The notes: generated by a model not told the origin, from the letters alone. 64,000 nucleotides of DNA from Chloroflexota bacterium (GCA_027623675.1 JAQBVF010000002.1:64001-128000), one strand, 5' to 3'. Shown: positions 22,323 to 33,095, counted from the first letter of the stretch. A program made the numbers and translations.

Positions 22323-22508
22323 CTACAAGCTGGCCTTGCGCACGCCGGGCAATTCTCCGTTCAGAGCCATTCCCCGGAAACAGATGCGGCACAGCCCGGT
22401 GTACCTGTTATAGGCACGCGGCCTCGCGCATTTGTGGCACCGGTTGTAACCCCGGACTTTGAATTTAGGCTCCCTGAGCCATTTTTGGACCATTGATGTT
22501 TTTGCCAA
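22323..22508 (-). CDS. rpsN: 30S ribosomal protein S14 (type Z, zinc-binding)
   Basis: TTG start at 22508: MAKTSM...[12 protein letters not shown]...LCRICFR...LPGVRKASL (61 aa). Confidence 0.94.
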   Translation of the reverse strand: MAKTSMVQKWLREPKFKVRGYNRCHKCARPRAYNRYTGLCRICFRGMALNGELPGVRKASL

Positions 22509-22551
22509 CGACGCCTCCGTTAGGCTCTTCCGTGTTAATAGACCGGTTTGC

Positions 22552-23292
22552 TTAGGCCTCGACCGTGTCTTTGATAAAGGGCATACCGTAGAGTTCCAGC
22601 AAGCGGATCGCCTCGGCGTCATTCTTGGCCGTGGTGGCGATGGTCACCTGCAGTCCGCGTATCTTGTCTATCTGGTTGTAATCAATCTCCGGGAAGATGA
22701 TCTGCTCCCGGATCCCGATCGTGTAATTTCCCCGACCGTCCAGGCCGCGCCTTTGCAGGCCCCTGAAGTCCCGGATACGTGGAAGGGCCGTGTTTATCAG
22801 GCGGTCCAAGAAGTGGTACATACGGGCGCCCCTAAGAGTAACCGCAGTGCCGATGGCGTTGCCCTGCCTGATCTTGAATCCGGCGATGGACTTTTTCGCC
22901 CGCGTAATCACCGGTTTCTGACCGCTGATGATGGTCAGGTCGTTGCTGGCGGCCTCCATGGCCCGTCCGTTGGTCAGCGCCTCGCCCACGCCGATGTTCA
23001 GAACAATCTTCTGCAGGCGGGGCACCTCCATGGTGTTGTCGTAATTGAATTCCTGCACCATGGCGGGAATGATCGTCGTCTTGAATTGTTCATAGAGACG
23101 CGGCGGAGGCGGTGGCTCCGTTGGCGGTCCTAGTTCGGCAGGGGCATTCCGGCCGCCACCCGTGCGTTCCCGCCTGGAACGGCGAGGGGCTTCCTGCGTC
23201 ACGGCCTCGGCAGCTTCCGAACTCTCAAGTTCGGCTACCGTTTCTTGAGATTCTTCCGCGCCCTCTGGTTGTTGTCTCTCGTCATCGAGCAT
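22552..23292 (-). CDS. rplE: 50S ribosomal protein L5 with N-terminal extension
   Basis: [49 protein letters not shown]. Confidence 0.96.
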   Translation of the reverse strand: MLDDERQQPEGAEESQETVAELESSEAAEAVTQEAPRRSRRERTGGGRNAPAELGPPTEPPPPPRLYEQFKTTIIPAMVQEFNYDNTMEVPRLQKIVLNIGVGEALTNGRAMEAASNDLTIISGQKPVITRAKKSIAGFKIRQGNAIGTAVTLRGARMYHFLDRLINTALPRIRDFRGLQRRGLDGRGNYTIGIREQIIFPEIDYNQIDKIRGLQVTIATTAKNDAEAIRLLELYGMPFIKDTVEA

Positions 23293-23602
23293 CGTCGATT
23301 ACTTCCTGGCATTTGGTGCAACTGCGAACCCTGGAGCCCGTGTCCAAGAAAACGGTCTTGGGCTTGGTGGGCGCGTTGCATTTATTACAGATCAGAACCA
23401 CGTTTGAGGCATGGATCGACGCCTCTTTCTGGATGCGCCCGCCCTGGCTCACACCGGGCCTGGGCTTCATGTGGCGTGTCACCAAGTTTACACCCTCGAC
23501 AACCACACGTTCATTTTCACGGTCCTGGCGTTCAACCCGGCCGGTCTTGCCCTTCTCTTTCCCGGCGATCACCAGCACATTGTCTCCGGTGCGGACTCGC
23601 AT
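23282..23602 (-). CDS. rplX: 50S ribosomal protein L24
   Basis: [30 protein letters not shown]. Confidence 0.96.
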   Translation of the reverse strand: MRVRTGDNVLVIAGKEKGKTGRVERQDRENERVVVEGVNLVTRHMKPRPGVSQGGRIQKEASIHASNVVLICNKCNAPTKPKTVFLDTGSRVRSCTKCQEVIDDAR

Positions 23603-23970
23603 CAGACCACCTCCGGCGCAAGGGACACGATCCGCATGAACCCCTTGTCTCTCAGTTCACGGGCGACCGGGCCAAAGATGCGGGTGCCCCTGGGCAGTTG
23701 GTCGTCGGCGATCAATACCGCCGCGTTGTCGTCAAACTTGATGTAGGTCCCATCGGGCCGGCGGCGGGGTTGGGCTTGGCGAATGACCACGGCCTTGACC
23801 ACCTCTCCCTTCCGGACCGGCGAGTTGGGGGCGGCTTCCCTCACGTTGCACACGATGATATCGCCCACGTGAGCGTACCTGCGCCTGCTGCTCCCGGGTA
23901 TGTTAATAAGGCGTATAACCTTGGCCCCACTATTGTCGGCCACCTTCAGCCGGGTATAGGTCTGAATCAT
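23602..23970 (-). CDS. rplN: 50S ribosomal protein L14
   Basis: [33 protein letters not shown]. Confidence 0.97.
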   Translation of the reverse strand: MIQTYTRLKVADNSGAKVIRLINIPGSSRRRYAHVGDIIVCNVREAAPNSPVRKGEVVKAVVIRQAQPRRRPDGTYIKFDDNAAVLIADDQLPRGTRIFGPVARELRDKGFMRIVSLAPEVV

Positions 23971-24509
23971 TCCTTTTCTTCCTGTTCACCTTCGTCACCG
24001 CTCTCGGAATCATCAGCTTCAGCGTCTTCTTCAGCTTCGACTGGTTCCTCTTCGGCGACAAGCTCTTCATCAGAGGCGTCGTCAGCCTCTGGTTCTTCTA
24101 CTTCCAATTCTTCAACGGCAGACGCTTCCATTGCATTGTCCGCGGTATCACCACTGGAGTCGTCTTCGGCTGCCCTGGCCTCCGCAGCCGCGATGCGGGG
24201 CTGGGTAATTTCTTGGCTGACATCGGTCTCCACATCTATGGGGCGGACCTCAGCAATCTGCTTGCGTTCCAGTATCGCCATGAGTCGCCAGTGCTTGCTC
24301 TTGGAGATACGCCTGGTCTCTTCGATACGAACGGTATCGCCCAGGACACACTTGTTCTCCGGGTCGTGCACGTAGAAACGCGCTACCCGGCGCACCTGCT
24401 TCCGGTAGAGCCGGTGACGCTGTTTCCAAACCATCTCAACGATGGCGGTCTTGTCTTGAGAGTTCCGCACGACTGCGCCGACGCGGACTTTGCGCATGGA
24501 CCTTGCCAC
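23967..24509 (-). CDS. rpsQ: 30S ribosomal protein S17 with acidic C-terminal extension
   Basis: [37 protein letters not shown]. Confidence 0.93.
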   Translation of the reverse strand: MARSMRKVRVGAVVRNSQDKTAIVEMVWKQRHRLYRKQVRRVARFYVHDPENKCVLGDTVRIEETRRISKSKHWRLMAILERKQIAEVRPIDVETDVSQEITQPRIAAAEARAAEDDSSGDTADNAMEASAVEELEVEEPEADDASDEELVAEEEPVEAEEDAEADDSESGDEGEQEEKE

Positions 24510-24709
24510 TAGCCAGCCTCCTGGATCTGCCGTTCTTTAATCACCGTCCGGAGCCTGGCAATGGTCTTTTTAACCGTGTTGGGCTCGTTGGAATCGGGCA
24601 ACTGGTTGGTCGCGGCGCGGAAACGAAGATTCATCAATTCCCGGCCGGCTTTCTCCAGCTCCTCGTACAACTGATCGTTGCTTAGTTCTCTGATTTCGTG
24701 GGCACGCAT
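24509..24709 (-). CDS. rpmC: 50S ribosomal protein L29
   Basis: EIRELS, ELMNLRF, KKTIARLRTV. Confidence 0.95.
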   Translation of the reverse strand: MRAHEIRELSNDQLYEELEKAGRELMNLRFRAATNQLPDSNEPNTVKKTIARLRTVIKERQIQEAG

Positions 24710-24712
24710 GGG

Positions 24713-25153
24713 TTAAACCAAGCCGTTGGCCACGGCGGCGGCCAAACGGTCTCTTACGACTGTCTTCGTGGGGATCGGCAACTTTTGCGAGGCCAGGCGA
24801 AGTGCCTGGACCGCCTCTTCGTGGGGCACTCCGGCCACCTCAAAGAGCACCTTGCCCGGTTTTACCACTGCCACCCAGTATTCATTGGCGGCTTTTCCGC
24901 CGCCCATGCGGGTTTCAGCGGCTTTCTTGCTGACGGCCTTGTCAGGGAAAACCCTGACCCAGACCTGTCCACCGCGCTTTAAGTGCCGGGTTACGGCGAC
25001 GCGGGCGGCTTCGATCTGCCTGGCGGTGATCCATGAGGCCTCCATGGCCTTAAGACCGATCTCGCCGAAGGAAACCGAACTTCCGGTGATCGCGGTTCCC
25101 CGCATCTTGCCACGGAAGTGCTTCCTAAATTTTGAGCGTTTGGGTTGCAGCAT
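24713..25153 (-). CDS. rplP: 50S ribosomal protein L16
   Basis: [26 protein letters not shown]. Confidence 0.97.
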   Translation of the reverse strand: MLQPKRSKFRKHFRGKMRGTAITGSSVSFGEIGLKAMEASWITARQIEAARVAVTRHLKRGGQVWVRVFPDKAVSKKAAETRMGGGKAANEYWVAVVKPGKVLFEVAGVPHEEAVQALRLASQKLPIPTKTVVRDRLAAAVANGLV

Positions 25154-25174
25154 GGGTTGCTCCTAGTCCGGTCC

Positions 25175-25918
25175 CTATTCGGGGTTTTCCAGTTCGACGG
25201 CCCCGAGGGCTTCTTCGATGTCCTCTGCCTGTACCGTTACTTCGATGTTATCCAGTTCTTCGACTTCTTCAGCCCGGGGCGGCAGCACCTCGCCGTGGTA
25301 GACCCAGGTCTTGACGCCAACCTGTCCCATCGCGGTGTGCGCCTCAGCCAAGGAGTAGTCAATGTCGGCCCGAAGGGTGTGCAGGGGCACTCGGCCGATC
25401 ATCAGTTTCTCGACGCGGGCAATCTCCGACCCGGTGATGCGTCCCTTGATGATGATCTTTATGCCTTCGGCGCCCGCCTGCATGCACCTTTGCGCCGCCT
25501 GCCGCATCGCCCGGCGGTAGGCAACCCTACGCTCCAACTGCTCGGCCACGTTCCGGCCCACCAGATAGGCGTTGGTCTCAGGGTGCTCGATCTCGACGAT
25601 ATTGAGCTGTATCCGGCTTTCGGTGATGGCTTCGAGCTTGGCACGCAGGTTCTTGACCCGTTCGCCGTCCCGTCCGATCAGTATCCCAGGACGGGCCGAG
25701 TGGATATTGATGACGCTGTCTTGGGCGCCGCGGTCAATCTCAACCTTGGCGATACCGGCATCGGAGAACGCCTTGTACTCGTTCTTGATGCTATCGCGAA
25801 GCCGCAGGTCCTGGGTCACCAAGTCACGATAGGAACTGCTGTTGCCAGCGTACCAATGGGCCTTCCAGTCCTTGATGATACCCAGGCGGAAACCGTATGG
25901 GTGGGTCTTATGCCCCAT
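25175..25918 (-). CDS. rpsC: 30S ribosomal protein S3
   Basis: MGHKTHPYGFRLG, RPGILIG, VPLHTLRADIDY. Confidence 0.97.
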   Translation of the reverse strand: MGHKTHPYGFRLGIIKDWKAHWYAGNSSSYRDLVTQDLRLRDSIKNEYKAFSDAGIAKVEIDRGAQDSVINIHSARPGILIGRDGERVKNLRAKLEAITESRIQLNIVEIEHPETNAYLVGRNVAEQLERRVAYRRAMRQAAQRCMQAGAEGIKIIIKGRITGSEIARVEKLMIGRVPLHTLRADIDYSLAEAHTAMGQVGVKTWVYHGEVLPPRAEEVEELDNIEVTVQAEDIEEALGAVELENPE

Positions 25919-25920
25919 TC

Positions 25921-26268
25921 CTAGCTCCTATTCTCGTCTTCGTCCACAACCACCATTACGTGGCTGGAGCGCTTGATTATCCGCCCGATTCGGCCTCTGG
26001 CCCGGGGCCGAAAGCGCTTAATCGACTTGGCGTTGTCTGCCGATATGTGGACGATCCGTAGATTGTCCCGGTCCATCAGCATGTTGTTCTCGGCGTTGGC
26101 CGCCGCCGACGCCACTACCTTAGCCACCGACTTCGCCCAAGGCGAGGGCAACAGATTAAGGCTATTCAGGGCGTCGTCCACCCGCTGGCCTCTTACGAGG
26201 TCCAAGATGGGCTTGAGCCTCTTTTGGGAGGTCCCCAGTGATTTGGCTAATGCTTTTACGGGTGGCAT
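25921..26268 (-). CDS. rplV: 50S ribosomal protein L22
   Basis: DLVRG, SAAANAENN, RPRARGR, KRSSH. Confidence 0.95.
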   Translation of the reverse strand: MPPVKALAKSLGTSQKRLKPILDLVRGQRVDDALNSLNLLPSPWAKSVAKVVASAAANAENNMLMDRDNLRIVHISADNAKSIKRFRPRARGRIGRIIKRSSHVMVVVDEDENRS

Positions 26269-26272
26269 TGGT

Positions 26273-26557
26273 TTACCTCACCCGGCTGGTGCGTTCGGAC
26301 CGTGATATATGACCGCGAAAGGTCCTGGTGGGAGAGAACTCTCCCAGCCGGTGACCGACCATGTTTTCAGTGATGAACACCGGCACGTGCCGGCGGCCGT
26401 CATGGACCCCAATCGTCAACCCAACCATCTCTGGCATGATCATGGAGGCGCGGGCCCAAGTCCGAATGACCGTGTTGGCCCCGGAGCGCTGCACCGCTTC
26501 CACGTGTTTCATCAATTTGGGATGGACGTAAGGTCCCTTTTTAATCGAACGGGACAT
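26273..26557 (-). CDS. rpsS: 30S ribosomal protein S19
   Basis: [29 protein letters not shown]; start set at ATG 26557. Confidence 0.96.
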   Translation of the reverse strand: MSRSIKKGPYVHPKLMKHVEAVQRSGANTVIRTWARASMIMPEMVGLTIGVHDGRRHVPVFITENMVGHRLGEFSPTRTFRGHISRSERTSRVR

Positions 26558-26558
26558 C

Positions 26559-27392
26559 TTAGCGTCTCCTGGTTCTGCGCATGATAAATTTGCTCGACGC
26601 CTTCTTCTTGCGGCGCGTCTTGTAACCCAAGGTGGGTTTGCCCCAGGGCGACTTGGGCCCCGGCATGCCGATGGGGGAGCGGCCCTCACCACCACCATGG
26701 GGGTGGTCCACTGGGTTCTTGGCCACACCGCGGACCTGCGGGCGGCGGCCCTTGTGGCGGGTTGCCCCAGCCTTGCCCAGGCTTTCATTCTTATGGTCGG
26801 GGTTGGAGAGTTGTCCCACACTGGCGCGGCAACGCAGCAACACCCGCCGCATCTCGCCAGAGGGCAGACGCACCAACACGTATTCGCCTTCCCGTGACAG
26901 CAGCTGGGCGCCGGTGCCGGCGCCCCGGACGATCTGTCCGCCCCTACCCGGAGTCAATTCCATATTGTGGACCACGGTTCCGGTAGGTATGTTCGCCAAC
27001 GGCAGGCAGTTGCCCAGGCTGATCTCGGCATCCGGCCCGGACTGGACCAGGGAGCCTACCTCCAGCCCGTGGGGGGCTAGGATGTAGCTCTTCTCGCCGT
27101 CCACGTAGTAGATCAAAGCGATGCGGGTGGTCCGGTTCGGGTCGTACTCGATGGACTTTACGCGGCCAGGGACCCCGTCCTTGATCCGCTTGAAGTCAAC
27201 CTTGCGGTACATGCGCCGCGATCCGCCGCCGCGGCTCCGGGTGGTGATCCGTCCCCGGTTGTTGCGCCCGGCATGGTTCTGCTTGGCTTCGACGAGGGAC
27301 TTTTCCGGCTTGGTGGCGGTGAGCTCTTCGAAAGAAGGGCGTACCGCGTTCCGGGTTCCCGGTGTTCTCGGTTTTAGATTCTTAAGCGGCAT
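26559..27392 (-). CDS. rplB: 50S ribosomal protein L2
   Basis: [33 protein letters not shown]. Confidence 0.97.
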   Translation of the reverse strand: MPLKNLKPRTPGTRNAVRPSFEELTATKPEKSLVEAKQNHAGRNNRGRITTRSRGGGSRRMYRKVDFKRIKDGVPGRVKSIEYDPNRTTRIALIYYVDGEKSYILAPHGLEVGSLVQSGPDAEISLGNCLPLANIPTGTVVHNMELTPGRGGQIVRGAGTGAQLLSREGEYVLVRLPSGEMRRVLLRCRASVGQLSNPDHKNESLGKAGATRHKGRRPQVRGVAKNPVDHPHGGGEGRSPIGMPGPKSPWGKPTLGYKTRRKKKASSKFIMRRTRRR

Positions 27393-27401
27393 GCGAGGTT
27401 T

Positions 27402-27686
27402 TTACAGCCCCTCGATCAGGTTGATGCGGTCGCCTTGCTTCAAGGTGACAACCGCTTTCTTCGTGTCGGGCCGCTGGGTGATGCGGGCGCCGTAGCGCTT
27501 CTTCTTACCCCGCAGCTTGGTGATATTCACATCCAGCACGGTTACGCTGAAGTTCTTCTCGACGGCCTCTTTGACCTCCACCTTGTTCGCCTGGGGTGCG
27601 ATGTGGAAGGTGTACTTGCCGGACTCTTGCAGGAGCGTGCTTTTCTCCGTGATGGTGGGCTTGAGGAGCACGTGTTGGATATCCAT
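27402..27686 (-). CDS. rplW: 50S ribosomal protein L23
   Basis: PTITEKS, ANKVEVKEAVE, KKAVVTL. Confidence 0.95.
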   Translation of the reverse strand: MDIQHVLLKPTITEKSTLLQESGKYTFHIAPQANKVEVKEAVEKNFSVTVLDVNITKLRGKKKRYGARITQRPDTKKAVVTLKQGDRINLIEGL

Positions 27687-28631
27687 CTACGCCTGTTCCT
27701 CCGAAGAATCCCCAGTTGGAGCGTCCTGGGACGCCGTCTCAGGGGCTGCTTCTTCACCCGCGGCGGCGGTGGCGCGGCGGCGCCTGGTCCGCGGCTTGGG
27801 AGCCTCTTCTTCCGCCGGCGCCTCTGTCGGGTCAGCCGTACCTGCGGCGGCAGCAGGCGTGGCGCTGCGGCGGCGAGGCCTGGGCTTCGTTTCTTCCTCG
27901 GCAACAGCGGTCGCGGTATCTTCCGTTACGGAAACAGCCTCGTCGTCGGCTGCCTCAGGCTCGGCCGTTCCGCCGCTGGCCCATCTGGCGCCGCGGCGTC
28001 CGTGGGGCTCAACCGCAAGCGTTTCTTCCGCCCAGCGGGCCGCTTCCACGGTCATGATTACCGTGTCCCGGGCCAACAGTTCCTGAGCGTTCAGTTGGTT
28101 GACTGGAATCGTCCAGATCTTTTTCAGGTTATGGGCCGATTGGACCACCTCTGTAACGGTCCCCATGGTGACGACCAGAGCCGATCCGCCAACTGCGAGA
28201 TTCTCCAGCAATTGGGCCATGGACTTGGTCTTGCCGTCGATGGTGCTCGTGGAATCGAGACAGAACAGACGGCTTTGGCGCGCCTTATCCGATAGCACGC
28301 AACGCAGGGCTTGCCGCTTCATGCGCTTGGGAAGGGCGGCCCGGTAGCTGCGGGGATGCGGTCCGAAGACCACGCCGCCGTGACGCCACTGGGGGGCGCG
28401 GGTGCTGCCCTGCCGGGCCCGGCCGGTGTGTTTCTGCAGCCACGGTTTGCGGCCGCCGCCGGAAACCTGCGCCCTGGTCTTCGTGTCATGGGTTCCCTGG
28501 CGCTTGTTGCCCTGGTAGATGACCATGGCTTGGTGCACCAAGGATTGGTTCATCGGCACGTTGAAGACGGCATCGTTAAGTTCGATGTTATCTAGTGTGT
28601 CGCCGCTCTGGTTTTTTACTGCAACTTGCAT
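27687..28631 (-). CDS. rplD: 50S ribosomal protein L4 with long C-terminal extension
   Basis: RQGTHDTKTR, GGGRKPWLQKHTGRARQGS, GGVVFGPHPR. Confidence 0.96.
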   Translation of the reverse strand: MQVAVKNQSGDTLDNIELNDAVFNVPMNQSLVHQAMVIYQGNKRQGTHDTKTRAQVSGGGRKPWLQKHTGRARQGSTRAPQWRHGGVVFGPHPRSYRAALPKRMKRQALRCVLSDKARQSRLFCLDSTSTIDGKTKSMAQLLENLAVGGSALVVTMGTVTEVVQSAHNLKKIWTIPVNQLNAQELLARDTVIMTVEAARWAEETLAVEPHGRRGARWASGGTAEPEAADDEAVSVTEDTATAVAEEETKPRPRRRSATPAAAAGTADPTEAPAEEEAPKPRTRRRRATAAAGEEAAPETASQDAPTGDSSEEQA

Positions 28632-28658
28632 TTGGAGATCTTATAGTCGCCGGCGCCC

Positions 28659-29276
28659 TTAGGCGCCGATCCTTCTAATCTGGACCAGGCTGTTGGTAGC
28701 CCCAGGAATGCCGCCCTTGACCAAGAGCAGATTCCGTTCGGCATCCACTTCAATGATTTCCAGGCCTTTAACGGTGATCCGGCGGTTGCCCATGTGTCCG
28801 GCCATCTTCAGGCCTTTGTAGACCTTGCCGGGAGTGGTGCCGCCGCCGATGGAACCCGGCGCCCGGGAGCGGTCCGACTGACCATGGGTCCGGGGGCCGC
28901 CACCGAATCCCCAGCGTTTCATCACGCCGGCGAATCCACGGCCCTTGGATGTTCCAATCACGTCTACTTTCTCGCCGGCTGCGAAGATATCGACACCGAC
29001 GGATTGACCCACCTGGAATTCGGTGGGGTCGTCTGCTGTCACTTCCCTAAGGAAGCGGCTGAGACGGCTGTCTTTCAGATGGCCGCTTTCAGGCTTGTTT
29101 CGCCGTTTCACATCGCCGAAACCCAGCTGGACCGCTTCGTAGCCGTCGGTCTCCTTGGTTTTGACCTGGGTTACGACACACGGGCCGGCTTGGATGACGG
29201 TAACGGGGACCACTCTACCGTCTTCACGGTAGATCTGGGTCATCCCTATTTTCTTTCCCAGGTATCCCTGGAGCAT
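28659..29276 (-). CDS. rplC: 50S ribosomal protein L3
   Basis: [39 protein letters not shown]. Confidence 0.97.
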   Translation of the reverse strand: MLQGYLGKKIGMTQIYREDGRVVPVTVIQAGPCVVTQVKTKETDGYEAVQLGFGDVKRRNKPESGHLKDSRLSRFLREVTADDPTEFQVGQSVGVDIFAAGEKVDVIGTSKGRGFAGVMKRWGFGGGPRTHGQSDRSRAPGSIGGGTTPGKVYKGLKMAGHMGNRRITVKGLEIIEVDAERNLLLVKGGIPGATNSLVQIRRIGA

Positions 29277-29310
29277 CGTTATTCGCCTTTGTTGATCTGA
29301 ATGGTTGAGT

Positions 29311-29622
29311 CTAGAGTTTGATCGAGATATCGACGCCCGCCGGCAGGTTCAACCTGGTCAGCGAGTCTATAGTCTTCGAGGTTGGCTCCAGGATGTCGAT
29401 CAAACGTTTGTGTGTGCGTATCTCAAAATGTTCGCGAGAGTCTTTGTCCACGTGGGGGCCACGGATGACGCAGAAGCGGCGAATGTGGGTGGGCAGCGGC
29501 ACCGGTCCGGCGACGCGCGCTCCGGTCCGTTCGGCCGTCTCCACGATCTGTCCGGTGGAAAGGTCCAACATCTTGTGGTCGAAGGCTTTCAAGATGATCC
29601 GTACTTTTTGCCGAGTTACCAT
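29311..29622 (-). CDS. rpsJ: 30S ribosomal protein S10
   Basis: [32 protein letters not shown]. Confidence 0.97.
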   Translation of the reverse strand: MVTRQKVRIILKAFDHKMLDLSTGQIVETAERTGARVAGPVPLPTHIRRFCVIRGPHVDKDSREHFEIRTHKRLIDILEPTSKTIDSLTRLNLPAGVDISIKL

Positions 29623-29709
29623 AAGCCTGCTTTCTGTTCGTCCTTCTTATTGGATACCGGGATTGGATACCGGGTTATGAGACGCCACGGCCCTGGCCTA
29701 GGTTGAGAC

Positions 29710-31791
29710 CTAGGCTGGGACCAAAGTCCTTACGATGTGGTCCGGGACCGGCTCGTAATACTTGAATTCCATGCTATACGAAGCCCGGCCCTGGCTGATG
29801 GAACGTAACGCAGTCGTGTACGCGAACGTCTCGCCCAGAGGCAGAAGCGCCCGCACGTACTGCAGGTTGTCCTGGCCCTCGATGCTCTGAATCTGAGCCC
29901 GGCGGGTCCCCAGGTCACCGATCACTTCACCGAGGTATTCCTCGGGGGTCACCACTTCCAAATCAGCTATCGGCTCAAGCAGTACAGGGGCGCACTTGGG
30001 CGCGCCCTCTCTGATGGCCAGCATCCCGGCGCTCCGGAAAGCCATTTCGGAAGAGTCCACTTGGTGGAAGCTTCCGTCCACCAGAGACACTTTTAGGTCA
30101 ACCAGAGGATACCCGGCTAGAGGGCCGTTGTCTAGGGCGTCCCTCACGCCTTTTTCGACCGCAGGGATGAACTCCCTGGGGATCGCGCCCCTGGTGATGT
30201 TGTTCTCGAAGATTATGCCTTCGCCCCGCTCCAGCGGGATCAGGTCCAGTATCACGTGTCCGAACTGACCGTGTCCGCCGGTCTGACGCACGAAGCGGCC
30301 TTCAACCTGTCGCTGACTGGTCAATGTCTCGCGGTAGGAGACACGGGGCATGCCGACCTGGGCGGCGACGTTGAATTCACGGCGCATCCGGTCGACCAAT
30401 ACTTCAAGATGTAGTTCACCCATACCGGAGATGATCGTCTGGCCGGTCTCGTCGTTGACCGAGACTACGAAGGTCGGGTCCTCGTCGGCAAGTTTCCGCA
30501 GGGAGTCGGTCAAGCGGTCCTGATCGGCCTTGGTCGTCGGCTCGATGGCCACCGACACAACCGGCTTGGGGAACTTGGGCGGCTCTAGAATCACCGGGCG
30601 GTCTTGGGTGCCAATGGTATCGCCGGTGAAGGTGTCCTTCAGTCCGATGGCGGCGCAGATGTTCCCCGCGGTTACCTCATCCAGTTCTTCCCTGGAGTTG
30701 GCGTGCATGCGGAGCAGACGCCCCATGCGCTCGCGGCTGTTCTTGGTAACGTTGTTCACCACGGCGCCGGCCTTGACCGTGCCGGAATAGACCCGCAGGA
30801 ACACCAGACGGCCCACATAGGGGTCGGTGGCGACCTTGAAAGCCAGCGCCGACAACGGTTCGTCGGCATCCGGATGGCGGAGTTCAATCTCATTGGTGCG
30901 TGGGTTGATTCCTTCCACTGGGGGGGCGTCCGCAGGGGAAGGCAGGTAATCTATGATGGCGTCCAGCAGATTGTGGATTCCCTTGGCGAACATGGCGCTG
31001 CCCAGCAGCACGGGCACTATCTTCCGATCACAGGTGGCCTGCCGGAGCGCCGCCTTCAGTTCATCTTCGGAGATCTCCTCGCCTTCCAGATATTTGACCA
31101 GCAGAACTTCATCGGTCTCGGCAACCTTCTCGATAAGTTCCTGCCGGTATTGTTCGAACTGCTCGGCGAACTCGGGCGGCGTGTCCACTTCTTTCGGCCG
31201 GTCGACGTTGCCTTCATTGACCCTTCCCACCGGGTATATGGTGGCCTTGCCGGTGATCAGATCGATCATCCCGGCGAAGGAATCTTCTGAGCCGATGGGC
31301 AGTTGGATAGCAACAGGGTTGCCGTTCAAGCGGCGGCGGATGGACTCGATCGTGCGCTCATAGCTGGCGCCGGCCCGGTCCATTTTATTGACGAAACAGA
31401 TGCGGGGGACCTTGTAGGTGTCGGCCTGCCGCCAAACGGTCTCCGACTGTGACTGGACACCGGCAACGGCGTCGAGCACGACGATGCCGCCATCCAAAAC
31501 ACGGAGGCTGCGTTCCACTTCGGCGGTGAAATCGACGTGGCCGGGCGTGTCGATCACGTTGACGCGGAATTCTTTCCAGTAGGTGGTGGTTGCCGCGGCG
31601 GTGATGGTGATGCCCCTTTCTTTTTCCTGGGGCATCCAGTCCATCGCCGTATTGCCCTCGTCCACGCCACCCGCACGGTGAATACGGCCTGTGGCGAACA
31701 GGACCTGCTCAGTTACCGTGGTTTTTCCGGCGTCGATATGGGCGATAAACCCGATATTGCGGATCTTTTCGATCGGAAAGTTGTCTGCCAT
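29710..31791 (-). CDS. fusA: Elongation factor G
   Basis: AHIDAGKTT, ERGITI, DTPGHVDF, NKMD, GMGELHLE, DSSEMAF. Confidence 0.97.
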   Translation of the reverse strand: MADNFPIEKIRNIGFIAHIDAGKTTVTEQVLFATGRIHRAGGVDEGNTAMDWMPQEKERGITITAAATTTYWKEFRVNVIDTPGHVDFTAEVERSLRVLDGGIVVLDAVAGVQSQSETVWRQADTYKVPRICFVNKMDRAGASYERTIESIRRRLNGNPVAIQLPIGSEDSFAGMIDLITGKATIYPVGRVNEGNVDRPKEVDTPPEFAEQFEQYRQELIEKVAETDEVLLVKYLEGEEISEDELKAALRQATCDRKIVPVLLGSAMFAKGIHNLLDAIIDYLPSPADAPPVEGINPRTNEIELRHPDADEPLSALAFKVATDPYVGRLVFLRVYSGTVKAGAVVNNVTKNSRERMGRLLRMHANSREELDEVTAGNICAAIGLKDTFTGDTIGTQDRPVILEPPKFPKPVVSVAIEPTTKADQDRLTDSLRKLADEDPTFVVSVNDETGQTIISGMGELHLEVLVDRMRREFNVAAQVGMPRVSYRETLTSQRQVEGRFVRQTGGHGQFGHVILDLIPLERGEGIIFENNITRGAIPREFIPAVEKGVRDALDNGPLAGYPLVDLKVSLVDGSFHQVDSSEMAFRSAGMLAIREGAPKCAPVLLEPIADLEVVTPEEYLGEVIGDLGTRRAQIQSIEGQDNLQYVRALLPLGETFAYTTALRSISQGRASYSMEFKYYEPVPDHIVRTLVPA

Positions 31792-31864
31792 TTAGATTTG
31801 GCACTGGATACTTACTATGAAGACTGGGCGCTGGGGCCTACGGGGGAATCAACTGAAAAGTAAA

Positions 31865-32335
31865 TTACCGACGGTAGTGCACAAAGGCCCGGTTGGCTTC
31901 CGCCATCCGGTGCAACTCCTCCCTTCTACGGACGGCCGAACCCTCGCCACGGGAGGCATCCATTAATTCTTGTGCCAGTCCACGCATCATGGGCATACCG
32001 TTGCGGGCCCTGGCTCCTCTGATGATCCAGCGCATGGCAAGCGCTTCGCTGCGTGTCGCCCGGAGTTCCGTCGGTACCTGAATCGTGGAGCCGCCGATAC
32101 GCTTCGGTTTTACTTCAACCGCGGGGGTGGCATTCCTGAGGGCCTGTTGGAAAACCTCTAGGGGTTCCCGATTGGATTCCGCCTGGATGATGTCGAACGC
32201 ACTGTAGGTGATGCGTTGGGCAATGCTTTTCTTGCCCTTAATCATCACCCTATTGATGAAACGGGCCAGCTCCACGTCGTTAAAACGCGGGTCGGGCGCA
32301 ATCTCTCGTTTTTCAGCCGCTCGTCTTCTAGACAT
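31865..32335 (-). CDS. rpsG: 30S ribosomal protein S7
   Basis: GKKSIA, RIGG, LAMRWI, HRMAEANRAF. Confidence 0.97.
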   Translation of the reverse strand: MSRRRAAEKREIAPDPRFNDVELARFINRVMIKGKKSIAQRITYSAFDIIQAESNREPLEVFQQALRNATPAVEVKPKRIGGSTIQVPTELRATRSEALAMRWIIRGARARNGMPMMRGLAQELMDASRGEGSAVRRREELHRMAEANRAFVHYRR

Positions 32336-32474
32336 AGGTAATCACACCTGCGTTTTGGTACCAATCGTTTGGGTCCCCTGGGAATAGATCCAACTATGGT
32401 CCAAACAAGCCATAGGAACCAGGGAAAATCTAAGGAATCAAAGCTGTAGACCTGAGTCTACAATAACCGGCGGG

Positions 32475-32891
32475 CTAGTCCCGGGGCTTGATCGCTCCGT
32501 ACTTGCTGCGGCCTCGCCGGCGGTCCGGCACACCCTCACAGTCGAGAGCGCTGCGGACTACGTGGTAACGGACACCCGGCAGGTCTTTAACACGACCGCC
32601 TCGAATCAGCACCACCGAGTGTTCTTGGAGGTTATGGCCTTCACCGCCGATGTATGCGGTGACTTCCACTCCGTTGGTCAAGCGGATCCTGGCGATCTTC
32701 CGAAGAGCTGAGTTCGGCTTCTTCGGAGTCATGGTGCGCACCTGGATGCAGACACCCCGCCTCTGCGGGCAACCGGGACCCCATTTCACTCTATTCGTGA
32801 GGGAGTTCTGGACCCAGTGCATCGCCGGAGCCTTCGTCTTTTTGTGGACGGGCTTTCGGCCTTTTCTTACTAACTGATTTACTGTCGGCAT
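32475..32891 (-). CDS. rpsL: 30S ribosomal protein S12
   Basis: [35 protein letters not shown]; start set at ATG 32891. Confidence 0.97.
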   Translation of the reverse strand: MPTVNQLVRKGRKPVHKKTKAPAMHWVQNSLTNRVKWGPGCPQRRGVCIQVRTMTPKKPNSALRKIARIRLTNGVEVTAYIGGEGHNLQEHSVVLIRGGRVKDLPGVRYHVVRSALDCEGVPDRRRGRSKYGAIKPRD

Positions 32892-33066
32892 GGCGTTCCC
32901 CTCGCCGCAATGGGCGCGATATATAACTCTATACAATCGACCGTGGCATTGTCAACAGATTTTACTCGTGATTCGCCTGTGCTTCAACTCCCACGTACTC
33001 GGGGGAATCCAGACGTTTCACCCGGCCAATAAGACTCCGTAGACCCTGGATCCAGCCGGAATCTTC

Positions 33067-33095
33067 TTGACAAGCTAAGCCCCCAATCATAAAGT
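33067..33095 (+). promoter_or_regulatory. Sigma70-type promoter for cbiE-cobN
   Basis: TTGACA-17 bp-TAAAGT. Confidence 0.6.
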
